From Bispira polyomma (Eukaryota), in the NCBI GenBank assembly GCA_965649765.1, contig OZ287760.1, positions 17,546,001 to 17,610,000 on the forward strand: a stretch of DNA of 64,000 nucleotides, read 5' to 3'. The stretch's first letter is position 1, and each line of letters begins with the position of its first letter. Under the pieces are notes generated by a model. The model did no database searches, had not been told where the DNA came from, and was given only the letters and a program-made list of their open reading frames with translations. This document shows, in pieces, positions 53,165 to 64,000 of the stretch. The translations under genes and the position numbers were made by a program.

Positions 53165-53630
53165 TTGGTTATATCTGCTTCATGATCACTTTACCAATGT
53201 AGGTTCCAATCCCTGTTGGGGCCGCGGTGGCCCAGTGGTTAGCAAGCATTGCGCTTCACAATCACTGGTCTCTCACCTCTGGGCGGCGTGAGTTCGAATC
53301 CCGTCGATGCCTATGTGGGAAAGATGGTAGTTCCTTACTGTGGGTCGCTGGTTTCAGTGCAGAACCTTGACCGACTGTATGCAGTGTTTCCTCTAGCATT
53401 TCCAACTACCTGTCCCAATATAACCTACTAAAAGGTACTAGAGTGGACGTTAAATATCCAAATTCAAATTCAAAATCCAATCCCTGTTCCTTCCTTCATA
53501 TGGGAAAGTTTGTCGGAATACTTGCTATAGGTTGTTGGCTTACAGTACCTCAGCACTGGTTTCATCCACCTTTTAAATCTGGCCGTCGTCATATGAACCA
53601 GGCTGTGAGAAGCGATGCAAAGCCCATCTC
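53165..53630 (+). mobile_element. older SINE (Meta-SINE-like core) interrupted by the young SINE
   Basis: Removing the insert restores GGTTCCAATCCCTGTTCC...TGGGAAAGTTTGTC...CTTGC...GCACTGGTTTCATCCACC...ATATGA...GCTGTGAGAAGCGATG, shared with four other copies in the window. The family name is from recall. Confidence 0.75.
53218..53475 (+). mobile_element. young tRNA-derived SINE, copy 2, with 13-bp TSD, nested in an older SINE
   Basis: Same family as 45860-46104. The TSD TCCAATCCCTGTT is at 53205-53217 and 53476-53488. Confidence 0.93.
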
Positions 53631-53896
53631 AATTAAAATACACAATACCACAGTGACCATGATCAAGTAATCGCTTCTGGATATTCTAAGTAATCTAATG
53701 CATTGGTGCTGGTTCTGCTCTGCAAAGTATTACTGAAATACCCTTGTTTGTGTACAATTTGATAAGCTGGATTGTTGCAGTGTGATAATCAATTAGTGTC
53801 CACAAATGGGTTTGATGCTTGCCTAATTATAAACCATTTTACTTCATTAAAGTAAATGCTATAAACATGTAACTAAAGCTTCAAGATTTACGAGAA

Positions 53897-54064
53897 AAAA
53901 AGTACAGATACTTAGTTCACACATAGACCCATAAAATGATGACATTTAATTATATCACAACTGTAATTGTTTGATAAATTATTAATGATGACATATAACT
54001 ATTCCTCAACTGTAATTGTTCAATTGGACGACTGTTAATTAATAAGTACTTAATTAAGACCATT
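53897..54064 (+). repeat. dispersed repeat with internal ~45-bp tandem units; inverted partner at 58484-58637
   Basis: AAAAGTACAGATACTTAGTTCACA...ATGATGACATTTAATTAT...CAACTGTAATTGTT (x2)...AAGTACTTAA...AGACCATT matches the reverse complement of 58484-58637. Confidence 0.8.
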
Positions 54065-55350
54065 ATTTTGTAAGACCAGATATTCCGCTCTTCATATTCA
54101 AGTCTTATATCACTACTGATATTTGTGCCAGGCTATTGCTGACAAACATTAAAGTTGGCCTCAGGATTTCATTGTTACACAAGTTAGATGTCGCCTTGCT
54201 TACATTTCCTTGAGACTGTCTCAGAAATAGATTTCTCTCCATAGAGAATAGAAAATACCTGCACGGGAATTATATTTTCTTTGGTCTCAAACTAAGATAA
54301 AATACTTGCACACAGTTACAATACAGACCTTTGATCTCTGTATGGCAGTACAGTAGCTGTTTGTGTAGCTTTACTCAGATATATGTGGTAAATCAAGTGT
54401 ATATTCACCTGTCGTAACTAAATCATCATATATTGATTTGTTGCCCCAGAGGATAAAACACCCATTGATACCAACAACATCTGGTCGTTTTGTTTACTGT
54501 CTTAAATTGTCCTTCTTAAGCTACAAATCTATAATGTCTCAATACTTCTAGAGGGATGCTGTGAGATGTGAGACACTTTTGAAGATTATTTTGTTTCATT
54601 TAATTCAATAATCTCAATACAGGGCCTTGCATCTATATGCATGGGGCGGTGTGGCCTAACATTTCACCATCTTGTATAATGATCTATCATTTTCACATAA
54701 AAACAGTGAGATCATGAGCGGTATGGCTATTTTTATTTAGAAAATTTTCTGATTTTACAAACTGTCCTGTGGGAATCTATACTTCTATGTTTAACTTTTT
54801 CACAGGATTTTGCCATCACCTGTGTCCATATTCTTGTATAAAAAATCATATGATAGTGTGAAAGGTGTAGTAGTAAAAAATGCTAATGCCACACAGATCT
54901 AAATGCATGCCATGATGCACCACATTCATAATTTCTATTGTAAAGCCCGTTAGAGTTTGTCATTTGCTTAACTTTTTAAGATCCAAACACACAAGCCGAA
55001 TCCTTATCATTTGTTCATTGAAACAAATAAAACAATGCAAGCAATTACACAGAAGACGTATTCGGATCCGCCAAACCGGCCCAGATAAAATGTAAATGGA
55101 TTTGACAGAACGGTATCTGGATCTCTACCAAGGACTTGCAAAGTAGCTTACCATTTCCAATATTTAAACACATAAACACTCATTCTGTGCCCATGATTCG
55201 ATTGGATTTGTGCGAATTGTAGAAAACAAAGTCAGTTTTCGGATGATTATACGGATCCCGATCCAATAAGATTCTGTGTGTCTGGACCTTTACACTTCAC
55301 AATTAAAGCCTTGTGGGATTTTTGGTATAAATTTTCACTTTATCTCTAGT

Positions 55351-55545
55351 GAGCCTGGCGGCCAAGTGGTTAGAAGCGCATGCTTTTCTATCAACGGCCT
55401 CTCACCAAACCATTGCATTGAAGACCATTGTATGACAGACCATGGCAGACCATTGCATTAAAGACCATTGCCATTGCATTAAAGACCATTGTATTACAGA
55501 CCATGGCAGACCATTGCATTAAAGACCATTGCCATTGCAGTAAAG
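55351..55545 (+). repeat. truncated SINE head followed by a CCATTG-based minisatellite (61-bp higher-order unit x2)
   Basis: The head TGGCGGCCAAGTGGTTAG...CTCTCACC at 55351-55408 is followed by near-identical units 55410-55470 and 55471-55531. Confidence 0.8.
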
Positions 55546-55704
55546 CTTTACACAATTCTACTATTGTAAACACATTCGGTTTTCAGCTTTGTGCTTATGT
55601 ATACAAACAATCGGTATATTTGTCCTCATTGCAATAATTGAAAGTATATGACCAATGGGAGGCATCCAATCCTAATAGAGTCAACACCATCACTGACCAT
55701 CTAA

Positions 55705-56062
55705 CGTTTCCATGCAGGCAATTTTCTGAGGCCATAAGCCGAGGGCTGACATCAATTCTTTTCAGTTTCATTGATTTAAAACCGATAGGTGGTCAATGCA
55801 AGGCATCACGCATGTCGCCATGTAAACATTTTCGATTCTTTATTAATAAGTCAGAAATTACTGAAGGTAAAAATTTTGTGAAAATATGGTGAGAAAGCTT
55901 ATTTTACTGGGCTTGTTCTTTTCGTTTCATCAAAATCGGTTGAGAAATATTTAGGTTAAATACGGGTATTCATGTCTCTTAAATAATTCTATAGAAACAA
56001 AAATTGCTGATTGCTCATCGGCTGATTGCCGTAGGCAATTACTGACATTGCAACATTCACTA
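55705..56062. mobile_element. degenerate copy of the 51484 MITE family
   Basis: Shares CGTTTCCATGCAGGCAATTTTCTGAGG, CAGTTTCATTGATTTA, ATATGGTGAGAAAGCTTA and CATCAAAATCGGTTGAGAAAT. Confidence 0.8.
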
Positions 56063-57947
56063 ACTGACGTTTTATACTCCCAAACACTAAATACTTGAAC
56101 AAACTAGTGACTACTTGAAAAGTGATCATATTAACTACTAGGTCACCTTAATTGTTGCTAACTCTGGCTTGATGAAAAGATAAGAAGCTCTGTACATAAT
56201 ACCAAACAATGCAACATGCACAAACTATCATCATTGCTTTAAAACATGTAGTATCTCTTTTTTTGCCATTGATTTTCACCTCCCCCAGAAAAATTTAATG
56301 CCACTTTTACAGATAATTATCTGTCATCAAGATGTGAAAAAAAATCCATAAGATCTATTTTGGGGCACAATTCTGTGAAAACTGAGCCATAAATTTGGGG
56401 GAAGTCCATATCCTGCTCCGACGGCCGGCTGCTATTATTGTGTAACAATAACTCAGCATTCCCTGTACAGTGGCAGCTAGTTTTATTGGTTGACAGGAGA
56501 AGTAGTGGTGGTGGGCAAATAGAGGGGGCTTTGGAGCCAGGCTAATGGGGTCTTAATTTGAATGAACTTTTTCCTGCCTCTTAATGCAAAGCCTCTTTGG
56601 GTTAATAAACTCAACATAACTCATGGGGGGAGGAGGGGGACACAGACACACACAGTACACACAGTACAGTGGGTGTGGTGTGGGACACCAGTGACACTTT
56701 CTTATATATATAGTATATTTGTGGAGGAGGGGGGTTGGGGGTAGTAATAATGTCACAGTAGTTTAACAAAAATCTGATAAATAAAAAGGGAGGCTCGAAA
56801 TAACAGATCATCAGTTGGCCTCCATCCACAATGGCCAATAAACCAACTGGTAGGATATTGCAGGATATTTATTTCCTTTAATTTTTTTTTGTTGATGGGT
56901 CTGTTAGGGGGGTTATCACATACCCTTTATTAATTTCTATCCAAGATTCTCAACACCTGAAAGTGGCTACATGTGATATATGTTGAAGTTATGGTAATCC
57001 CATATTGAAAAAAAAAATAACTTTTTGGTATATATGACTGTTTTCCTTAAATGATTTAACACCTGCATTATCTGTGTGTCTGACAAATACCTGGGATTAC
57101 AAAGAATAGCAAAATTACACACAACTTGTCGATCTTGTTATTGCTATAATTGTAGTAGTATAGTATTTTACTTAGCTATAATATTTTCCTCAATTTAGGG
57201 GTAACCTCAACAAAAGGTCAGAGAAAAGTAGCAAAAACATAATGCTCTAGTCTCACAGTGAAGTGTGGGCTGGCGACTAACCTGAAATCTCTACAGGCGG
57301 GAATTGAAAAATTGTCGTCTGCCTGTCCAGGTAGCAGCTGATCACCAGCCCTCTCATCTCTCTCTCCCCCCTGTGGCAATGACAAAAAAAAACAGTTCAA
57401 TTCAATTTATCTTTGTAATGGTTAATATGAAGCCAACATATTTATCTTCATTGTAGAGATACAACTGACATGCTTTCTATAGACCACCCGCACAGTACAC
57501 AATTTTTACCTTGTACAGAACAATTAGCAGTATAATTTAAAGTACCGTAAGTTCATTAGAAGTTTGACGTAATTGCATTAGTAACTCGTTCATCATAATC
57601 CAGGACTTAAAAAAATACAAAATTCTCTCTTGTTTGCAAAGACAAGTCTTTCAGCTGAGCTAATTGCTGCATGGAATAGTGTGTTATTTTTTCTGGCTCT
57701 GTGTGTAATGATAATAAAAACAAAAGACTTTTTGTTGTAAAACAAATATTTGGTACACATCTATGTGTGGCATACTTAAGACCAGATATACGTATATCTC
57801 ATGCTGCATGAAAAAAACGGTATACCCTTTAATCATTTTAGTCAGTGAAATCAGTGTAATCCCTGGAGCAATTTCTGCAGCACATAATCCATATGTGTTA
57901 CAAAGGTTTCAGTACTTTGACTATTACTTTATGTTTTAACTCTCTTG

Positions 57948-58108
57948 AATGTGGGTTCAAATCCTGTTTGTTCTTTCGTATGGAAAAGTTTGTCAGGTAC
58001 TTGCCGTAACATGTTTACAGAGTGGCTTCAGCACTGCTTTCTTCCACCATTGAAGCTGACCATTGCGATATGTGACCTGAGTTTTTGAAAGGGGACGTAC
58101 ACCCTGAC
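57948..58108 (+). mobile_element. older SINE (Meta-SINE-like) degenerate copy
   Basis: B box GGGTTCAAATCC followed by GGAAAAGTTTGTCAGGTACTTGCC...GCACTGCTTTCTTCCACC...GATATGTGACC...TTGAAAGGGGACGT. Confidence 0.7.
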
Positions 58109-58333
58109 TAAATTGACATAGAACTTAATTGTGTGACATCTTCAGTTGTCCCTGAAGCAGCTCCATCTTACAAAAATTACAGACTTGTATATGAAAAGTT
58201 TATATATGACACACCTGATTCGTTTTCTATCCCATTGGATATTGGAGCTTTTTGAGAAAATCATTACATATACCCCCACCTCTTGTGCAAAATAAGAAAT
58301 AACCGTTTATTTTTAGCACTAAACTGTTTAGCA

Positions 58334-58365
<32 letters not shown>

Positions 58366-58464
58366 AAAATCAATCACCAAGTTTTGCTTGAAATGTGTAA
58401 CTTCCATGCAAAAACTACTATACCATTACCATGATATTATTAAATAAGACCAAGTGACATTTCA

Positions 58465-58637
58465 AGAGGTGGGCCCTTCCTCAATGGTCTTAAGTACTTG
58501 TGTAATTACCACTTGAACAATTGCAGTTGAGGAATCATTAAATGTCACCATTAATAATTTATTGAACACTTACAGTTGTGAAATAATTAAATGTCATCAT
58601 TTATACTTTATTTGTGAACTAAGTACCTGTACTTTTA
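58465..58637 (-). repeat. inverted copy of the 53897 repeat with adjacent GC hairpin
   Basis: The reverse complement aligns to 53897-54064. A short stem-loop, GAGGTGGGCCCTTCCTC, lies at its end. Confidence 0.75.
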
Positions 58638-58679
58638 TGTAAGTTTTTGTTATGTGTCTACATAACATTTACTTCAACT

Positions 58680-59100
58680 ACCTTTCCTTGCAGGCAATTT
58701 TCTCAGGTGATAAGCAATTCTATCAGTTTTATTGATTTAAAACCAAGTGTTTCCATGTGAGCAATGCCGACAGGTGGCGTGCAATGCAAGGCAATTTTTT
58801 CGCTCCTGGTACAAAATCACCTAACATCGCATGTCGCTGTGTAAACATTGCAAATTCTTTATTAATAACTCCGAAATTACTAAAAATAAAAATATGCTGA
58901 AGATATTTTAAGAAAGCTTATTTTACTGGGTTTATTGTGCTTTTTGTTGCATCAAAATCAGTTGAGAAATAGCTAAAAAAAATTAGTTTAAATACGGATA
59001 TCTTTTTTCTTCTTAAATAATTCTATAGATTAAAATTATACTGATTGCCTGTCGGATGTTCACCGTTGCCAATTTGCTGACACATAAAAACGTTCACTGA
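58680..59100. mobile_element. degenerate copy of the 51484 MITE family
   Basis: Shares TGCAGGCAATTTTCT, GTGTTTCCATGTGAGCAA, ATTGTGCTTTTTGTTGCATCAAAATCAGTTGAGAAAT and the terminal AAACGTTCACT. Confidence 0.8.
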
Positions 59101-60679
59101 TGGTCTCCTCTAAAACATAACTTATCTGTGGTCATACCTGCGTCTATAAAGACTGTCAATTGTAGTATAGTGTTTATATTGATGTGCACTTTGATTGGGA
59201 GAAATATATCAAATAAATAACTGATAGTGGGTTCACCATGTGTATACATGTGCATCACTATTTAAATGTGTTCCTAAGGTTTGCTTTTATAATATAATAA
59301 AGAGTAGAAATATAGTAGTACATACTATAGTGTCCACCACAAATAGCCACTCAAATCACATAGAACAAGGTCTATCACTGTAAAGTTGTGTGGAAGTTGG
59401 GTGGTGTTATTGGCAGACATTATTAAAAAGTCAAAGGACTAATTTAATCAACCCCCCCCCTCCCCCCCCCCCTCAACAACATTAATTAATTAAAGCATGG
59501 TCACAATATCTAGACCTTGAATATTATATACAAATATTATTGAAAATTGTCTGTGGATAGTTTGATTAGGTATATATTTTATCTTTCCTCTGCAAGGCAC
59601 AAAGAGGGTATAATGGCAAAGGAAGAAACTTAATTCTTAAATTTATAGTGCATATGTTTAAATTTGTCACAGGAAACAACTATAAATTTAACTTATTTTA
59701 ATAGAATTTCTTGTTTTTTTTTTTCCTTTGGTAACTTGCACACATATGATGAAATCAGTGTAAGTTACAATTAATTTGTAGAATATACCTGAATTTTTTG
59801 GGGGCGGTGTGTTGTTTTTGCACAATTTTAGAAATAACTAAAGCTATTTTTTTAAGTTTTTTTTTCCCCTAAAATTGTTAAAATATATAACTAAATGAGG
59901 GATAACGGCAGGTGATATATATGAAAACAACAACCAAAAAAAAAAAAAAAAAAAAATATTTTGACAAGTATAGGTTCTTTTTTGAAAAGGAAAGTCAAAA
60001 TATAATGTCTTTAATACAGCCACAAAATATTCAAATAGGCCACTCCTTGTTCCAGCCAGTGATATTGAAGATGTAAAAAAAACAACACTATTCTGGAGAT
60101 TTTTAATGAGAAGCGACATAAAAAGCCATACATTTGCTGCAGACCCATATAAAGCCAATGGAATATTAGCTAAGAAGACCTTTTTGTAACTATATGATAC
60201 TCTAGCATTTTCTTGGTTATCCGTGTGTTATTGCAAAACATAAAGGAACCTTGAGACAATTGAATCATGCAGCTGTATAACAGAGAAAGAAAGAGATGTA
60301 CTTTTTTTGTGTTTTGTTTCCCTTTTTTCTAATTTTTATCTGATGTATTTTCTTTTCATTGACTACTCATGTTTAATTCCAGCATTTCCTGTCTCCGTGT
60401 GTTTACGGCCTACTTCATGCAAACTACTGCTTTTTCATATGTGGCTGTCAGGGATAAAATCCTGTCCATTAATCAAGCAGCCAGCTAGCCTTTGGCAAGC
60501 GTTATGTAATGTAATTAACAAGAATCATTTCTTCACCGCCCCATGCATTGGTGTCCATGTATCCTTTGTATATGGTGCATTATTTCCATGATATCCCTTT
60601 GGAATAAATATTACAGGTGTACATAATGGGAGAATAATGTGCAGTTTGTGCTCTTATCAAAAACCCTAACGTAGGATCA

Positions 60680-60845
60680 GCCTGCCTGAAATCACTTGCA
60701 ATGGGCGATTTAAACCGCGTCCATTCCTTCATTGCGGAAAGTTTGCCAGGTACTTGCCATAGGTCAGTGTGGCTTTAGCACTGGTTTTTCCTCCAGTGAA
60801 TCTGGCTGTCTTGATATGACCCAAGCTGTTGAAAGCGATGAAAAA
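60680..60845 (+). mobile_element. older SINE (Meta-SINE-like) degenerate copy
   Basis: GGAAAGTTTGCCAGGTACTTGCC...GCACTGGTTTTTCCTCC...GATATGACCCAAGCTGTTGAAAGCGATG. Confidence 0.7.
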
Positions 60846-61111
60846 AATCTAAATGTAGTAGGAAGAAAATTGTTCACTTCACTTGGAGCTGCAACTGAAC
60901 TGAAACAATGACTACCTCACCTTCTTATCGGGACATTACTTAAAGACTGACAGTGAAACAACAAAATGTAGGAGATATCATCGGAGGATAGATTTATAAA
61001 TCTGCTCAAGCAAGTTGAATTTTTTTACAACAAGGTTAGCATTCTGAGATGCACAAATTTGTATTTTAAAGCCTATCTTGAACTTGGTTTCTGGAGTTAA
61101 ATGTTTCAAAA

Positions 61112-61290
61112 TCAGCATTAGATTCCTAATCACCTGGCATCTCAAATCTGTGGGTTTGAATCCTGTTAGTTCCTCATGTTTGTGGAAAAGTTACTTGTCA
61201 GGTACTTATACATAGTGCTTGTGCATTGGTTTCATCCACCCTTTTAATCTGATATGACCTAAGCTGTCGAAAGTGACGTTACAAAACCCC
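61112..61290 (+). mobile_element. older SINE (Meta-SINE-like) degenerate copy
   Basis: B box GGGTTTGAATCC, then GGAAAAGTT...GTCAGGTACTT...TGGTTTCATCCACC...GATATGACCTAAGCTGTCGAAAGTGACGTT. Confidence 0.7.
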
Positions 61291-62392
61291 AAAACTTCAA
61301 GGTTCAAATTGATGTTGCACAATCAGAATATAGGTAAATATAAATATATAGCATCAGCATGGGACTTTTGGAAAGGCTATGTGGTGATCTTTGGGGGGGT
61401 AGATGGAGATGAAAAAAGGGCCTAGCATTTGGAGACAGGGATAGATGGTTCCTTGTCACAAAGTGCTGCTCTGATGGTGGGGGAGTTTAGCCCCCCACCC
61501 CTCCCTTTCCACAAAAAACACCCTTACCACCATTACACAATTGCCCAACTATATTGGAGAGAAAAATAGAGAGAATTTTCTTCTCATTTTCTCCAATAAA
61601 GCATGCTAGACCAAACAGTAAGTCAGTTGGGTGATTTATGGAATTCTGCAAAATGAGATCACTTTTATTGGTGGGAAGCCGTCGCACCTAAAAAGCCATT
61701 TCTCTTTTTTAACCCAAACAGAAACCAATCTTTTATAAAGCTGTGACAGTCCCCTTCTTTTGGGGCTTTTGCATTGTGCCCCCCCCCCCCCCTCCACCCT
61801 CTTTCAAGGTATTGATTACCCAAACTTGCATTGTGCACTGTTAAGAGGGTGACCACCTCAGCCATAAATCACTGTACTAAACACCTGAGTCTCTTCTAAC
61901 AATTATCTCAGGATTTTGGAAAGGTATTCTAAAGTGTTTGGGGAAAATAAACCCACTTAATATATATTTTTTTTTTTTTTTTTTTTTGGTGGGAAAGAAA
62001 GCTGACTTTAGATTGTTTCTTCTTTTCATACATATGAATAAGATGACTTAAAAAGTGTATACTATAATCATGCCATCAAAGATCCCTGTGTAGGTTTTTG
62101 TGCCTGCCATATCAGGTGTCAAATCAAAATACACACAAGCCCACAATTGGAAGCTGGAATAACATTTGCACATAACATGTGGAATTAACCCTGTCCTGTA
62201 TTAATGACATTTGTTGGGCACCCAAAAAAAAACTTATCTATACATATGCAATGCCAGTTGTTTTTTTTTGCTAATATCATTGATGGGAGTTTTTTCACTA
62301 AAAAGGAAATGTTTAAAAAGAAAATTAGTTTAACAAAAAACAGTGTTCAGTCTGTTTTCGTTTTTGTCAAATTAGTTTGATGTTTTTTAAAG

Positions 62393-62480
62393 ATATATAC
62401 TCAACCAAAAAAGAAACGCAAGTTTTTTGGTAATTTTATTTTTTAATAAACTTGCGTTTCTTTTTTGGTTAAGTATATAT
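62393..62480. mobile_element. minimal Tc1/mariner-like palindromic element (33-bp inverted arms, 22-bp spacer)
   Basis: ATATATACTCAACCAAAAAAGAAACGCAAGTTT (62393-62425) versus the reverse complement of 62448-62480 has 1 mismatch. It is embedded in TA context. Confidence 0.7.
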
Positions 62481-64000
62481 ATATTTTTTTTAGTCTTTTC
62501 TTTTCAAGTTATAATGTAGTAGTATTTAAGATGTATATTTTGATACTACTAATATAATTCCATAGGCTTTTAACTTCTAGGACTTAATACATTTAATCTT
62601 TTATTGGTCAACTCTCAGGTTGTCAACATCTTTGATTAAACTTTTTTTTGCAAACCAAAAATACAGAGTCTTTTTTCATTTTATACAAAAGATATATTGG
62701 TACTGGGCTAAATAAATAATACTAATGTCTTCTTCAGTTCCACATATCCAAAATATATTTATACGTTAAAACATTTCTACAATAATATCAAAAAATTAGA
62801 TAATATTAAGACATCGACAAGGTAAAATATATGAAAAAAATCTTGATTAATTCAAGTGATAAAACCTCATTAGGCAGTTTCGTTTGAAATGTATTCAAAA
62901 TAGTAGTTTATCACAATCAGAAAGGTTGGGAAAATTGCATTCTTGTGACCAAAGCATCTAGTTGTTTCTTTCTTGTTAGAATCTTATTAATAAAGCTATC
63001 AGCTTTATCTTTTAAATATACCAACTAATTTCTTTAATAAGATTGGCCTTCACCTGGTTCTACTCTAATTTATTATGTCAGGTATTTGTGTAAATATTAT
63101 CATTTTATCCAGAATAGTTTTGTCACATAGTGAAAAGATTTCTGTGGAATTCACTGTGCTTAGCAGTGGACTGCAATGTATATTGTCAAATATTGGCAAT
63201 TGTGTAGTTAAAAGAATATACAAGTTTTCCCATTTTGTTTGACTGAAAATTAATCAGAAGCTCATAAAGTAAAGTAAGTATAAATTTGATTCAATTTTGC
63301 TTACTGCCAGAAGCTAGGGAAAGCAACTAAAGTAAATTCCTATTAAAATATTAGTCCTTGTTATATATTTACGGGCTTTACCTAGTTTTGGTCATTCTGA
63401 CCATTTAAGGCAGACCTTGCTCTAAGATCATACTCGCCTTTCTATATTTTCTGTGGGGCAGTGAAGAATTTACAGGTATTCCTTTTTACCAATTTAAATG
63501 ATTACTTGTTATTTTATTGGGGGGTTACTCACAGGATAATTTATTTAATAGCTATGTGCTTTTTGTATAGTCATTCTTATATACTGACGACCTTGACCTA
63601 ATTGCTAACAATTTTGGAGCAGGGCTTGCTCTGATACTATAACACCAAGTCGAACCTCTATTATCAGAACATGTAGGGTATTATTTTGGATAATAAAAAG
63701 GTTTTTTATCAAATAGAACAGGCATATTTCTGTTATCAAAGATACGGAAAATATAATTTTTGGGGAGAGTAGAACTTTGTTCATAAAATTGAATATTCAG
63801 ATTTAAAGGAAATTCTCTACTGTATCTATATATTTTTTTTTGTCGGGGCAGGGGGGGGGCAGTGTGTATACAATTGATACACATTCATCAGGCACAACAG
63901 AATATAACAAGTACAGTTTTTGTTTCTCCCCCCCCCCCCTCCCCTCTGGCCCATTTATGAAGACATAAAAGTTGGCCATGGATGGACATAAATCAGAGTT

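Noticed and set aside
55409-55545. Repeat array superficially like a CRISPR
   Set aside because: No unique spacers, eukaryotic context and no cas genes; it is a minisatellite.
41321-64000. miR-993 or Hox3 exons expected downstream of Hox4
   Set aside because: No GAAGCTCG..CTACAGGTATCT-type match and no second homeobox or YPWM exon were seen by eye; they probably lie outside the window.

Overview
AT-rich animal (eukaryotic) genomic DNA from inside a Hox cluster, most likely a lophotrochozoan such as a mollusc. That taxon call is an inference from the Hox4 homeodomain residues and the SINE types. The only supportable protein-coding gene is a two-exon Hox4/Deformed orthologue on + (36889-37462 joined to 40968-41320, 308 aa). 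A canonical miR-10 hairpin lies about 32 kb upstream on the same strand (mature 4672-4694). The most notable observation is a second miR-10-family hairpin on the opposite strand (29081-29180, predicted mature AACCCUGUGGAUCCGGGUUUGU). It keeps the miR-10 seed, has a Drosha-length lower stem and a correctly placed CNNC motif, and sits next to a CTCF-like site. The window also has several CTCF-like motifs and repeated Pbx-Hox (TGATTTATGG/TGATTAATGG) plus Meis sites. The Hox4 promoter and start-codon context resemble vertebrate Hox4, and the intron holds a homeodomain-site cluster. Downstream of Hox4 there is a concentration of tRNA-derived SINEs (two with target-site duplications, one nested in an older SINE), Harbinger-like MITEs and a minimal Tc1/mariner-like palindrome. 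Almost all ORF-track entries other than Hox4 exon 1 look spurious. One assembly gap lies at 43257-43402.
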